Below are positions 49,050 through 59,587 of a DNA stretch of 64,000 nt, one piece after another. Origin of the DNA: Planctomycetales bacterium (lineage in GTDB: Bacteria > 4484-113); the NCBI GenBank assembly GCA_037441675.1, contig JBBIRS010000005.1:43648-107647 (forward strand), read 5' to 3'. Position numbers and translations under genes: made by a program. The notes beneath the pieces are model-generated. The model ran no database searches and had not been told where the DNA came from. It saw only the letters and a program-made list of their open reading frames with translations. Numbering within the stretch: position 1 is the stretch's first letter; every line of letters starts with the position of its first letter.

Positions 49050-49925
49050 CTAGAAGTATAGATTAACAAAATGTGCCGCCCAGAGGACTAACTTCGCAGT
49101 AAAAATTATTATAAACTGAGCAAGTATTGTCCCTAAAAATTTAGCTAGGGCTAGGTATAGATTCATAGCTTTGGAATGCTCAACGGGTCTTTTGTTGTTT
49201 ATGCACTGATCAGTCACAAGGGCTGCAGTAGGATCCACGAGAATGAATAGGAGAATTGTTGCAATTCCGTTGACTATTCCTGAAAGATTCACAGCGGTAG
49301 CTCTTAGGGTTGGCTCTAAAGCTGCTGCGTAAATCGTTGAAAGCACACCAACAGTATAAAAAGCTGTTACGAGTACTTGGAGTACCAAGAATTCTGCAGG
49401 CAAACTTTTAATGAGCGATAGGTAATACAAAACTCGCTTCGAAAAAGGGTTGGTAAAGCACTTAAACATCAAGAGCATTTCCCTTGGGTGAAGGAGAGCG
49501 ATAGCGGTTCTGGGTAAAGTTTTAACTTCCTCAAATATTGTAATCATTCGGGAGAAAATCTTGATGAAGGTTGGAGTAAGCAGGGCTCCGACCACAGTTC
49601 CTACGCTTGTGGCTAGAATTATTATTCTAATTTTAATAAGCAATTGATCCACGAGCTTAGTGTGAAGGTATGAATTCGGGACAACAGTTTTATCAACCAT
49701 ATTTCCAACGATGGGTGCTTGAATGAGGTTTGATATTCGCGCAAATATAACAATTAGATTGAAGAGAGCTAAGGCAACCGCTAATCGCTTGGTAACAGCA
49801 CCGGAGGTTCTTATTGATAGGGCAAGTGTATCAATTAGCGCCATTAAGCCGATGAGCAGGCAAACGGTTATAAGTGCTCTATCAAATAATGGTTGCATCA
49901 AGCTCAAATATCGGGTGGCTAACAT
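49050..49925 (-). CDS. amj: Lipid II flippase Amj (DUF2837) family
   Basis: DTLA.SIR.SG, RISN..QAP and LSGIVNGIATILL...VDP motifs. Confidence 0.85.
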   Translation of the reverse strand: MLATRYLSLMQPLFDRALITVCLLIGLMALIDTLALSIRTSGAVTKRLAVALALFNLIVIFARISNLIQAPIVGNMVDKTVVPNSYLHTKLVDQLLIKIRIIILATSVGTVVGALLTPTFIKIFSRMITIFEEVKTLPRTAIALLHPREMLLMFKCFTNPFSKRVLYYLSLIKSLPAEFLVLQVLVTAFYTVGVLSTIYAAALEPTLRATAVNLSGIVNGIATILLFILVDPTAALVTDQCINNKRPVEHSKAMNLYLALAKFLGTILAQFIIIFTAKLVLWAAHFVNLYF

Positions 49926-52138
49926 AAACCGGTGAATGAAACAGTTCTCTCTGGAGAGGATTTCAGAACTCCGACGAATCTGTACAGCTTTCTCTTCAGT
50001 TTGTTTTTACTGTTGGTGGTACCATCCCAGTATGCGGTGAAGGTTTTTTCCTCAGAAGGCTCGAGAGTGAAACTATGTTCCTTGCGCACGAAGTAACGGT
50101 TGTAAGAGAATCTATAGACCTCCTTTTCGCCATCATAAACGATAAAGTCGTAAAACTGCCCTGTGGGGAAGTTGAATATTTTGTAGCTGTCGCTTTGATT
50201 TTTTATTCTTAGGATGAATCTGTAAATAGGTGTTCCTTCAACGGTATCACTTTTAAGTTTAAGATAGTACTCCACGTCTTCTATAACCACGGAATTTTCT
50301 CCAAGTACAGCTTGCACGGTTGGGATTTCCACCGCTTTTGAAGGCTCAGTTTCACTAGGCGTTTCTTCCGGAATGCTAGGCTCGCCCGCGATGCCCACGT
50401 CAACTTCCTCCTCAACCGTTACTCCCATCTCTCCCTCTTCACTCTCTGAAGGTTCGGTTTGCTCTGGTGTGGGGACGCCTCTTTCTGTGGCTGTTTCCTC
50501 TTGAGTTATGCCTTCCTTAGGAGCAGCCTGCGCAGATCCAGCCTCTTTAGCTTGCGGCTCTTGTGTTGGCTCCTCCACTGTTTCTTGCGGGATTTCAACT
50601 GTTTCTGCTTCGCTTAACGGTGGTTCTGCATAATAGGTTATTCTTTCCTCTATTTTGTTGCCATACTCGCCTTTTTGAACGATAAAATCTTCAACAACTT
50701 TTCTGATTGGCGCTGATAAATCTACTTTAACGTCTGTTATCATGTTAATTGAGGTGAGGCCACTTTGCCCCTCTAGCATAGAATCCGCAAATGCAATTGT
50801 GTATATCGCATCCTTGTTTAATGGCTCTCCTCCAATTGTAATATCGTAAGCCTTGTTGCCAAATATGCCAAAACTTACGCCACTTACCTGAAGAAAGCCG
50901 GGGTTTCCCACCAGTGACGCAGATTGACTGAGTATAGTCTCCAGATTGGCGCCACTTACGTTTCCAGTCGCAAGAAATGCCTCTCCAGGGAATGCTCTAT
51001 ATATATCCCCCAAGGTGATTGGTCCCTTCTTTAGACCCTGTCTAAATAACAAGGAGCTAAGAATTGCAGCATCTGCCCCAACTCTTGCTCTTATCGCATC
51101 TGTGAACAGATCACCTAGTTCAGTTTCATAGGACATAACCTTCTTCAACTCCATATCGTTTGTAAGCTTTCCAACGACGTAATTCAGCTTATCCTCTAAA
51201 GACTGGCGATGATTCGCAATTTCCTGAAGGTATTTCGTGTTTTCCACCCATCTGCCGTCTAGGGGTATAAGGGTTTCATCAAAGAATCTAAGTTTATAGC
51301 CTGTATCCCGCTCTCCTTCAAAGGTGAGCTTGAGTAAGCCAACTTTTATACCCCACTTACCTGCTTGGACAATTAACGTGTTTCCTACTTTTATTGGAAC
51401 TGAAAATTCCGCTTCTTGTCCCCCGCTTACAATTACTGATATCTCTTCATGGGTGGAGGCGATACTGATGTTCTCTGAAAGTTGAAGGCCACTGACAAGA
51501 ATAATTGTGTCAGTTATTGATTTCAACTGAGGAATGAGCTCATTAAGCACAGTAAATGGGTCACGAAACTCCAGACCACTCAATTTATCTTGGGGATAGA
51601 ACTGCACAATTTCCCTGCTTGCAACTCCTATCAAGCCAACTCTGAACCCGTCAAAGTCAGCAATTTTGAATGGTTCATTCAAGTATTTGCCAGTGTCCTT
51701 CTCAATAATGTTGGCGCAAAGAAATGGGAATGAAGCTTCCGCCATTCTCTGTTTTAGTTTGTCAATGCCGAAAATAAAATCGTAAGGACCTATACCAGAA
51801 GCGTCATAACCGAGCCAGCCCATAAGCTTCACATCCAAGGCGCCCTCAAGATTGTAGGAGTGCGGTGTTAGTCCAAATATGTTGCCTGCATCAATTGTTA
51901 GCCAGTACAACTTTGTGTGTTTCCTCTTCTCGCCAAACAGAATCGCTCTCTTTGCGTATCCCCCAATGGGCTTTGAGCTTTGGTAATAGAAGGACTCAAT
52001 TCGCCCCTTTGTATCGTTCGTATGAAGAATCCCAATGTTTACCAACCTTGCAAAGACCCTTGCACTTAAAAAAAGAGATAAGAAAAGTGAAATGAAAAGA
52101 ATAACCCCAGACTTTCTTAAAAAAATTCTCCTAGGCAT
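49919..52138 (-). CDS. Exported 5'-nucleotidase-fold protein with degenerate metal site, acidic linker and BsuPI-like C-terminal domain
   Basis: HTND, FLCANI, IVQAG and LQVSG framework; C-terminal FPTGQFYDFIV......YRFS....F pattern. Start placed at ATG 52138. Confidence 0.8.
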   Translation of the reverse strand: MPRRIFLRKSGVILFISLFLSLFLSARVFARLVNIGILHTNDTKGRIESFYYQSSKPIGGYAKRAILFGEKRKHTKLYWLTIDAGNIFGLTPHSYNLEGALDVKLMGWLGYDASGIGPYDFIFGIDKLKQRMAEASFPFLCANIIEKDTGKYLNEPFKIADFDGFRVGLIGVASREIVQFYPQDKLSGLEFRDPFTVLNELIPQLKSITDTIILVSGLQLSENISIASTHEEISVIVSGGQEAEFSVPIKVGNTLIVQAGKWGIKVGLLKLTFEGERDTGYKLRFFDETLIPLDGRWVENTKYLQEIANHRQSLEDKLNYVVGKLTNDMELKKVMSYETELGDLFTDAIRARVGADAAILSSLLFRQGLKKGPITLGDIYRAFPGEAFLATGNVSGANLETILSQSASLVGNPGFLQVSGVSFGIFGNKAYDITIGGEPLNKDAIYTIAFADSMLEGQSGLTSINMITDVKVDLSAPIRKVVEDFIVQKGEYGNKIEERITYYAEPPLSEAETVEIPQETVEEPTQEPQAKEAGSAQAAPKEGITQEETATERGVPTPEQTEPSESEEGEMGVTVEEEVDVGIAGEPSIPEETPSETEPSKAVEIPTVQAVLGENSVVIEDVEYYLKLKSDTVEGTPIYRFILRIKNQSDSYKIFNFPTGQFYDFIVYDGEKEVYRFSYNRYFVRKEHSFTLEPSEEKTFTAYWDGTTNSKNKLKRKLYRFVGVLKSSPERTVSFTGLC

Positions 52139-52258
52139 AATGCATTCCCATATCAGTAACAATTGAACTGAACGTAATTTTATCATAGCGACGCTTTTGC
52201 CTTATACTAGAGCTTTAACTTATTCTAGCTTTTAAGCGATAATAACTTAGGTGATTTT

Positions 52259-52918
52259 ATGAAAGGCGATTTGTACTCTAGGTTAAAGTATTGGTGGGAC
52301 GAGATTGAAAAGGCTCAGTTCTCTCCGAATGAAGAAAACCTTAGGTGCAGACTTTATCTTCTGGATGCGGAGATTAGAAATGCCCTTAAAGGTAAACCAA
52401 GGGTTAACTACTTTTTAATACCATCCAAACTGGTTTTAGTGCTGAGTGTTGGCTTTGTTGGGCTTATTGCGATTTCCTATTTATACGTAGGAAGCGTGGT
52501 TAACACTCAAGTTACTCTTGGAAACCTCTCAACCGATAAAATGGTGACTGTTGATAGTACTAGTTCTTATCCTGCGCAGGACATGAAAGCACCAGCTGAA
52601 CTTCACCGCATCTCAGAAGAAGTCACTGCATCAGCTTCTATATCAACTCAACCTGAGTTAGTGATAAAAAACCGCGAGGTGAAGGGTAGCTCGGTTAGAA
52701 AGCCAATGAGGAAAAGGGAAGTTTCACAAACCGCTAAGCCGATTAAAGATACGTGCGTTTCTTCTTTTGAAGAATCAAGAAATTCATCATCAATAACTTC
52801 AGTAGAGAGGGAAGATACTTCACCTTCTCAAGTAACTTTACCTAATGCTTCACCAAAGGGGGCATTAGATCCAGTTACTCTCTTTGTTGCATTGGAGGAA
52901 GAATTAACTAAGGGTTAA
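52259..52918 (+). CDS. Hypothetical bitopic membrane protein upstream of bamA
   Basis: N-terminal helical domain, one TM segment, Ser/Thr-rich tail; AGGTGA RBS. Confidence 0.6.
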   Translation: MKGDLYSRLKYWWDEIEKAQFSPNEENLRCRLYLLDAEIRNALKGKPRVNYFLIPSKLVLVLSVGFVGLIAISYLYVGSVVNTQVTLGNLSTDKMVTVDSTSSYPAQDMKAPAELHRISEEVTASASISTQPELVIKNREVKGSSVRKPMRKREVSQTAKPIKDTCVSSFEESRNSSSITSVEREDTSPSQVTLPNASPKGALDPVTLFVALEEELTKG

Positions 52919-52973
52919 CCGATACTGGTATAATCTTTGAACCTTGTTGCAACTAACCGTTCAGGAGGGAGAA

Positions 52974-54728
52974 ATGAGAAATCAAGGGTCTGCCTGTCCC
53001 AAAACTTTCTTCATTAGTTTAGTCTTGGTACTTTTCCTTTTACGTTCAAGTCCCATTTTCGCTCAGGGAATAACTGTTAACAGCATCCAGATTATCGGGC
53101 TGGAGAATCTGGATGAAAGGGTTGTGCTGGACACGATTGGGATTAAAGCGGGGGAAACTATTACTGGCAACGTGGTTAGTACTCTGGATGAGAATTCAAG
53201 GCGACTTTACGATACCGGTTACTTTCTTGAACCCCCTAAGCTTTCTCTTGATTATTACGAAGAAAAGACAATTCTGGTGGTTGAAGTTATCGAGAATCCA
53301 CCTTTTAGAGAGCTTATAATTACGGGCAACACAATATATCCAACTGAAGAGCTGATGAAGGCATTCACCACGAAGCAAGGTGAGGTCATTAACGTTCGCA
53401 AGCTGGAGGAGGAGATAGCGCAAGGGATTGTAGACCGCTATACCGGTGACGGATATATAGGCGCATACATTATAGATTTTGGAATAGTTACAACCGGTGA
53501 GGCTAAGGGGACTGTTTATGTAACTGTTGGGGAGGGTGTAATTGAGGATTTCTCCTTTGAGGGCAATGAGAAAACTAAAGAGAGCCTTTTGAGAATGATG
53601 GTCTCGCGCCATATACATACTGGTGATGTGCTTAGAAGGGAGAAGTTAGAAAGGGTGATGCAGGATTATTATAACGTTGGGATTTTTGAGAAGGTAGAGC
53701 CCACCATTGAGCCCTCCGAGACGCAGGGGAAAATTATCCTCAAAATTAGTGTTTCTGAAGCGCCCACGGGGCAAGCGGGAGTAGGGATTGGCTATTCAAC
53801 AGTTAATGGCGTTCAAGGCAGTATATCCTTTCAAGAACGCAACTTTCGTGGTAAGGGAGAAACTGTAAGCGCGCTTGTTATCTTCAGTCGTAATAACCCT
53901 GGTTATGAATTAGCTTATTCTGATCCATATTTAACACAGAAGAACTACTTTTCGACCTCTCTCTATGACTTAAACTATCGTCAGCAAAGAGATCCTGGTT
54001 CTCCAGTGGAAAGCGAGCTTGACATTGATAGTACTGGTGGGTCCTTTAGCTTTGGCGAGCGTTTTAGCGATACCCTCTCTGGCTCAATTGGTATTAGCCT
54101 TGTTGATTATGACTACACGGTCGTGAAGGGGGATCCTTTTGCGGGATTTGGTCCAGAGCGCCGTGCGAGATTACAGGAGGCTGGACAGACTAGAAGCGTC
54201 ACCCTCAGCCTAAACCACGACACTCGTGATAATATCTATAGCTCCACGAGAGGCGCAGTTTACTCCGCGTCCACGCAGATTGCTGGTTTTGGTGGTGATT
54301 TTGATTTCCGAAAGTACATTCTAGAGGCGAGAAATTTCTTTCCACGAGGAAGGGGAGATACCTTTGGAGTAAGAGCAAGGGTAGGTATTGCGGAGGGTAA
54401 TGTACCTATTTTTGAGGAATTCCGTCTTGGTGGAGTATTTTCCGTGCGTGGATTGCCTGAAGATGCTTTAATCGGCACTAAATCCCTTTTATTAAACGCG
54501 GAGTACCGTTTTCCTATAGATAAGGAAAAAACTTTTGTCGCAGCTATTTTTACTGACTGGGCTTCAGTTGGAGAGAGTTTTTCCGAACTGAAAACGGGTT
54601 ATGGAGCGGGTATTGGAATTCGTTTTAGGGTTCCCGCTCTTGGGCTTGGCGCGCTTAGGCTTGACCTTGGATGGGACATTAAAGAGGGTGGTTCTAGATT
54701 GCATTTTGGTATAGGTGAAATGTTTTAA
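52974..54728 (+). CDS. bamA: Omp85/BamA family outer-membrane assembly protein (about 3 POTRA domains)
   Basis: POTRA repeats, ERNFRGKG, LGG..SVRG, GIGIRF and C-terminal HFGIGEMF. Start ATG 52974 (GGAGG RBS). Confidence 0.9.
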   Translation: MRNQGSACPKTFFISLVLVLFLLRSSPIFAQGITVNSIQIIGLENLDERVVLDTIGIKAGETITGNVVSTLDENSRRLYDTGYFLEPPKLSLDYYEEKTILVVEVIENPPFRELIITGNTIYPTEELMKAFTTKQGEVINVRKLEEEIAQGIVDRYTGDGYIGAYIIDFGIVTTGEAKGTVYVTVGEGVIEDFSFEGNEKTKESLLRMMVSRHIHTGDVLRREKLERVMQDYYNVGIFEKVEPTIEPSETQGKIILKISVSEAPTGQAGVGIGYSTVNGVQGSISFQERNFRGKGETVSALVIFSRNNPGYELAYSDPYLTQKNYFSTSLYDLNYRQQRDPGSPVESELDIDSTGGSFSFGERFSDTLSGSIGISLVDYDYTVVKGDPFAGFGPERRARLQEAGQTRSVTLSLNHDTRDNIYSSTRGAVYSASTQIAGFGGDFDFRKYILEARNFFPRGRGDTFGVRARVGIAEGNVPIFEEFRLGGVFSVRGLPEDALIGTKSLLLNAEYRFPIDKEKTFVAAIFTDWASVGESFSELKTGYGAGIGIRFRVPALGLGALRLDLGWDIKEGGSRLHFGIGEMF

Positions 54729-54730
54729 GC

Positions 54731-56083
54731 GTGATGCGGTGTCTTCACCACTTTTATATACTTTTGCTTCTTTTCTTTGTAGTTCTATCTTCTCATCTCG
54801 CTTTTGCTCAAGAATCTCAAGATATACTGAACGATACTTCCCTCGTTGAAGATGTTGAGCTATCAATCACCTGGCTTGGAAGGGAGCCAAGCGCTAGGGT
54901 TTCAGAGGAGGTGAGGAGCGCAGTTGATAGGACGTTACAGCTGGCGATTCTTGAGCAGTTGGAAGCATCACTTATTGCGTTAGAGAATAGCCTTAAAGAA
55001 ATCACTTCAACTCTTAAGACTGTCATATCATTATCCTTGGAGAAAAGGGGAATACAACTTGAGGATATTGAAATTGTTCCCGGCAGACATACCAAGGTGA
55101 TGGTATCCCTTCGTTTAATGGAGCAGAACATTTCTCACTTTCAAGTGGAATTTCGTTTCAAACGCATTACACCTTTCATAGAGTTTCTAACGGCTGAGGA
55201 GCGTTCCGCATTAACTGGTGAGCTGGAAAAGCAACTAGGCGGAACTCCCTATACTGATGAAGCTTGGGTGGAGAAGCTTGTCCGTGAACAGGTTGACATC
55301 TTTTTTACAGATAAAGTAGCTTATGAGGATTTCAAAATTCTAGTTTTTGTTGTTCCGCAGGAGTTAACTTCGGTTTATCTGACCTTCATTCCCAAGGATG
55401 AGGCTATCCTACTTGAAAGATTTTACGTAAAACTGCGCTCCGATACACTTCTTAATATTCAAATGGAAACGATTGATTCTCTTGTTAATTCTCTACTTTC
55501 GGAGCTTGTTTTGTTACCAATGTCCTTTATTGACTCTAAAAGAAATGAGATTGCGCATTTTCTTAACGATAAAGTTACAAGCATCCCAGAGGTGAAAGTA
55601 GTTTCTCCATCTGCGACTTCCGAATTTTATCTTTTGCGTGATGAAATGTCTTACGTGTTAAGAGTAGAATCAGCGAAGTTTCGGTTAAGGCTTCAAGGAA
55701 GAGTTGATGTTAATCGTGAGCGGAACAATTCGAGATTTGATTTAACCGCGGGGATCCTAATCGGAAGTAACTCGGATGTTTTCTTTCACGGAACTTTTTA
55801 TCCCGGAGCTCCTGAGTTTCGTCCGCAGGTGGGAGTTTCTTTTCTGGCAGAGCCAACGGGCTTTTTTGAAACCGCTTATGATTTTAAGATGAACAGCACT
55901 CTATTTCGCACCCAGCTGAATGTCCTACCAGACTTCTACCTTTCCGCAGAGAGATACTTAAAGAATCGCCTCCGCAAAGAAATCGAATTCTCCATGACTT
56001 ACATCTTCAGGAACCTTTACGAGTTCAAACTAATTACCAACTTCAAGGGGGAGATTTTTGGAGCAATGGGAGTGAGAATATAA
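54731..56083 (+). CDS. Exported hypothetical protein with amphipathic beta-strand C-terminus, between bamA and lpxD
   Basis: Signal peptide; C-terminal alternating pattern ending GAMGVRI; tight operon spacing. Confidence 0.65.
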   Translation: MMRCLHHFYILLLLFFVVLSSHLAFAQESQDILNDTSLVEDVELSITWLGREPSARVSEEVRSAVDRTLQLAILEQLEASLIALENSLKEITSTLKTVISLSLEKRGIQLEDIEIVPGRHTKVMVSLRLMEQNISHFQVEFRFKRITPFIEFLTAEERSALTGELEKQLGGTPYTDEAWVEKLVREQVDIFFTDKVAYEDFKILVFVVPQELTSVYLTFIPKDEAILLERFYVKLRSDTLLNIQMETIDSLVNSLLSELVLLPMSFIDSKRNEIAHFLNDKVTSIPEVKVVSPSATSEFYLLRDEMSYVLRVESAKFRLRLQGRVDVNRERNNSRFDLTAGILIGSNSDVFFHGTFYPGAPEFRPQVGVSFLAEPTGFFETAYDFKMNSTLFRTQLNVLPDFYLSAERYLKNRLRKEIEFSMTYIFRNLYEFKLITNFKGEIFGAMGVRI

Positions 56084-57136
56084 ATGGCAAAGCTATCGGA
56101 ACTGGCAAAGCTTGTTGGTGGAAAGGTTAAGGGCGATGGGAACCTTGAGATTGTGGGCTTTTGCAGTCTTGATGCGCCGGTGAAAGACTCTATTGCCTTT
56201 CTTGAATCAAGAACTCACTTGAGAAAGCTAAAGGGTGCCAATTTCTCCGCCCTTATCACCACTGAAGCCTTAAAGGATGTTTTCCCAAACGCAATAATAG
56301 TTGCTGAACCTCGGCTGGCGTTCGTGCAGATAATGGACTACTTTCTAGCTAAAACGCGCAAACCACTCAGGAAGGCAAGAATTCATGAAACCGCTATCGT
56401 CGCTAAGAGCGCCAAACTTGGGAAGAAAGTTAGCGTTGGTGCGTATTCCGTAATTGGTAGTGACGCGAGGATTGCTGATGAAGTGGAAATAGGAGCCCAC
56501 TGCTATATTGGCGAAAAGGTTGTAATCGGGGAGAAGACGCGCCTTTTTCCTTTTGTCTCGGTGCTTGATAATTGTGTAATCGGCAGAAGGTCAATCATCC
56601 ATTCGGGTACAATAATAGGTAGCGATGGTTTTGGTTACGTCACAGTAAAAAGCGGGCACAAGAAATTCCCGCAGGTAGGCAGAGTTGTTATAGGTGATGA
56701 TGTTGAAATTGGAGCTCTTTGCGCCATTGACCGCGCATCTCTAGATGAAACAATAATCGGCAGTGGAACCAAGATTGACAATCTGGTGCAGATTGCTCAC
56801 AACGTGAAGATAGGCGAGCATTGCCTAATCGCCGCGCAGGTTGGTATCAGCGGACGCACCGAAATTGGTTCATGGTGCGTGGTGGGCGGGCAGGCTGGAT
56901 TACAAGGCGGTATTAGTGTGGGTGATGGCTCAATTGTGGCTGCCCAAAGTGGTGTGTTTGGTTCACTTCCACCTAAAAGCAGAGTTTCAGGTTATCCAGC
57001 TAGAAACCATGAGGATAGTATGCGCATTCTAGCACTTACATGGCGACTGCCAGAGCTCTTGGAAAAGATAAAGGCTTTGGAAGAGGAGATAAACAAGCTT
57101 AAAAAGCGTGAGAAGAATGAAAGAAGAAAAGGATAA
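56084..57136 (+). CDS. lpxD: UDP-3-O-acylglucosamine N-acyltransferase
   Basis: Hexapeptide repeats; [11 protein letters not shown] and [12 protein letters not shown] motifs. Confidence 0.96.
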   Translation: MAKLSELAKLVGGKVKGDGNLEIVGFCSLDAPVKDSIAFLESRTHLRKLKGANFSALITTEALKDVFPNAIIVAEPRLAFVQIMDYFLAKTRKPLRKARIHETAIVAKSAKLGKKVSVGAYSVIGSDARIADEVEIGAHCYIGEKVVIGEKTRLFPFVSVLDNCVIGRRSIIHSGTIIGSDGFGYVTVKSGHKKFPQVGRVVIGDDVEIGALCAIDRASLDETIIGSGTKIDNLVQIAHNVKIGEHCLIAAQVGISGRTEIGSWCVVGGQAGLQGGISVGDGSIVAAQSGVFGSLPPKSRVSGYPARNHEDSMRILALTWRLPELLEKIKALEEEINKLKKREKNERRKG

Positions 57137-57184
57137 ACCTTAGGCGAGAAAAAACTGCCACGCTAATAGTTGTTGGAACCAAGA

Positions 57185-57886
57185 TTATGTCAGAACGGTT
57201 CCGTTTATGACTAACTTGAATTCTAAGCCCAAGAACTCGCTAGCGAGTTTAGTTACCATCATCCTCTCAGTAAAAATTTCAAAGTATTCCATCACTGAGG
57301 CAATTTCCGTATCAACAGTGAGGTCAAGAACTAATTCTTTAGTTTCTGTATTCACGGAAAGGGTAGCTTCTGTGCAGGCGAAATTTACATCATCATGAAT
57401 GTCCTTAAGCTCTGGATGGTAGCTTCTAACTCGGGAGCGATGCACGTCAGCTTTGTCCGCGATAATTAGCGCCGCGGTTACCGCGTTTAGTGCTAGATTC
57501 CCGGCTTGCTCATGGTTACCGATAGCTCCAAGGGCAATGCCAATGAACCTGGGCGCAATCTGAAATCTCCTGAGTATGGGATATACTATTGCCGCAGCGG
57601 ATTGAGGATGGTCCTCGCGCGCTATTAGGTTGCCAACATCGTGTAATAACCCAGCAATTTTTGCAAGCTCAACTTCATCCTCTGGGTAACCAAGCTTTTC
57701 CAAAATCATACCTGCATTCTCTGCAACTAGGGTTACGTGCCTGAACCCATGCTCTGTATAGCCAATCGCAGCCATTGCTTCATCTGCAAGTTCAATGAAT
57801 TCTATAACCTCGGGGTCTCTTTTGATTAACTCATATTTTCCCACGATTGATTGAACCTCTTCAAAATGCTTCTTTTCAACTGCCAA
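57185..57886 (-). CDS. HD-domain phosphohydrolase
   Basis: GYTEHG.RH, LLHDVGN, ADKADVHRSRV and MEYFEIF motifs. Confidence 0.88.
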   Translation of the reverse strand: MAVEKKHFEEVQSIVGKYELIKRDPEVIEFIELADEAMAAIGYTEHGFRHVTLVAENAGMILEKLGYPEDEVELAKIAGLLHDVGNLIAREDHPQSAAAIVYPILRRFQIAPRFIGIALGAIGNHEQAGNLALNAVTAALIIADKADVHRSRVRSYHPELKDIHDDVNFACTEATLSVNTETKELVLDLTVDTEIASVMEYFEIFTERMMVTKLASEFLGLEFKLVINGTVLT

Positions 57887-57924
57887 TTTAACTCACTCCT
57901 TGACACTTATAAAAAGTAAGGTAG

Positions 57925-58542
57925 TTAATGGAGCGGTTCCTCAGGAAATATTAGGGTTTCTTTTGGTTTATCCGTTTCAGATTCTAAGGCTTTGGCTTCA
58001 CTCTCCTCTTTGTTCGTTAATGGTTTTTCTCCCTTTTCATTTACCTTTTGTTCCATCTCTTTAATCTGAGTTCCTGCGTCTTCAGCTGCCACTTCAGAAG
58101 CGGATAGTCCTTTAGCCTGAGGATGTTCAGCCATCCTTCTAGCCTCAAGTTTTTCCATAAAGCCCTTCAAAAGCCCATAAAACTCAAATTCAAATCTTTC
58201 CCTTTCGCTTTCAATCTGCGCGATATCCCTTGCCACCTCTTTAGCCCTATCTTGGGCTTCCTTTACCAATATCTCGGCTTCTTTCCTGGCGCTCGCGATT
58301 ATCTCTTCTCGAGTTTTCTGCGCTAGAATGACGCTTTCCTTAAGCAGGTTCTCGCTTGCCTTGTATCTTTCAAGCTCCTCATTTAATCTCTTTATTTCCT
58401 TTTTGAGTTCACTAATTTCGTCTACGTAAGCCCTCAGAGTTTCAAGCACATCCTTTCGGAATGCTTCTACGTCCTTCTTGCTGTAGCCAAATAATCCCCC
58501 AGGAAAATCTATCTTTTCCACGTCGTTTATGGTGAGTTCCAT
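57925..58542 (-). CDS. divIVA: DivIVA domain protein
   Basis: LT..DV..IDF...LFGYSKKDVEAF followed by a coiled coil. Confidence 0.85.
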   Translation of the reverse strand: MELTINDVEKIDFPGGLFGYSKKDVEAFRKDVLETLRAYVDEISELKKEIKRLNEELERYKASENLLKESVILAQKTREEIIASARKEAEILVKEAQDRAKEVARDIAQIESERERFEFEFYGLLKGFMEKLEARRMAEHPQAKGLSASEVAAEDAGTQIKEMEQKVNEKGEKPLTNKEESEAKALESETDKPKETLIFPEEPLH

Positions 58543-58681
58543 ATTTTTCGTGATTGATTATACCTGAACCTTCGTTTCACATACAGATGGAAGAGGCTAA
58601 AGCTTTGCTCTATCATGCTATTTGACGGCAAGCATTAGGCTATTTTGGCTCTGATGATGGCTTAACTGTACGAGTAGTGCG

Positions 58682-58990
58682 CTAGAGGGTGGACTCAACC
58701 TTCTTCTTTGGCTTTGCTCTTAGCTCTTTGGGTTTAGTCTTTATCTTCTCGTAGTATATTGCGGCATCTGGGCATATAACTTCGCACAGCTTACAGCTGA
58801 TACAATCATCTATATTACACTCAGGCACAGGCGTTCCGTAGGTGCCAAGAATATCCTCAGACCAGTAAAGGCATTCCGTAGGGCATTCGACTATGCATAG
58901 TCCACAACTCTTGCAAAGCTGGTCAAATACTACAATCCTGTCCCATTCATTCTCATAAACCTGGCTTCTGAAAATTGGTGTGATGTCCAT
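58682..58990 (-). CDS. OFOR delta subunit (2x[4Fe-4S] ferredoxin)
   Basis: CKSCGLCIVECP and CISCKLCEVICP motifs. Confidence 0.9.
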   Translation of the reverse strand: MDITPIFRSQVYENEWDRIVVFDQLCKSCGLCIVECPTECLYWSEDILGTYGTPVPECNIDDCISCKLCEVICPDAAIYYEKIKTKPKELRAKPKKKVESTL

Positions 58991-59002
58991 ATAAACTCCG
59001 TT

Positions 59003-59587
59003 TCAAAAGACAACTTCCGTTCGTTCTATTTTTCTAGACTCATCAATTCCAATCTTGATTGCTTTCATATTTAGCTCGTGGAGGGAGGGATCTTTCTCAT
59101 AATACTTTTCAAATTGCTTTCTTAACGCTTCGTCAAGGTGTTCAAGGGAAATGAATTTAGTTAAACCGATAACGAAGCCCATAATCAGCATATTAAAGGT
59201 TCTTGGTGTAAGCTGGGAACGAGCAATTTCTGAGGCGGCAACTCCAACTATATGCTCCGTTACTGTTACCGGGCGCTCAAAGAGAGAACTATCATAAATA
59301 AGAAGCGTTTCTTTGGTTATGTAAGGTTCAATCCTTGGAACACTTCGTTCGGAGAGGCAAATTGCAATATCACTTTCATCAAAGCGTGGCGAGGCAATTG
59401 GTCTATCAGAAATAACGACAAAGGCGATACTGACGCCTCCCCTCATTTCAACACCGTAGTTTGGAATGTAGGTGGCGAAGAGTCCTTCGTCCACCGCACA
59501 CCTAGCGATAATTTCCCCAACTGATTGCAAGCCCTGTCCGCCTTCTCCCGCAAGAGTAATCTGCCAAGTACTCTTATTGCTATTCAT
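59003..59587 (-). CDS. OFOR gamma subunit
   Basis: AGEGGQG, YGVEMRGG and FNMLIMG motifs. ATG 59587 overlaps the stop of the read-through beta subunit. Confidence 0.9.
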   Translation of the reverse strand: MNSNKSTWQITLAGEGGQGLQSVGEIIARCAVDEGLFATYIPNYGVEMRGGVSIAFVVISDRPIASPRFDESDIAICLSERSVPRIEPYITKETLLIYDSSLFERPVTVTEHIVGVAASEIARSQLTPRTFNMLIMGFVIGLTKFISLEHLDEALRKQFEKYYEKDPSLHELNMKAIKIGIDESRKIERTEVVF

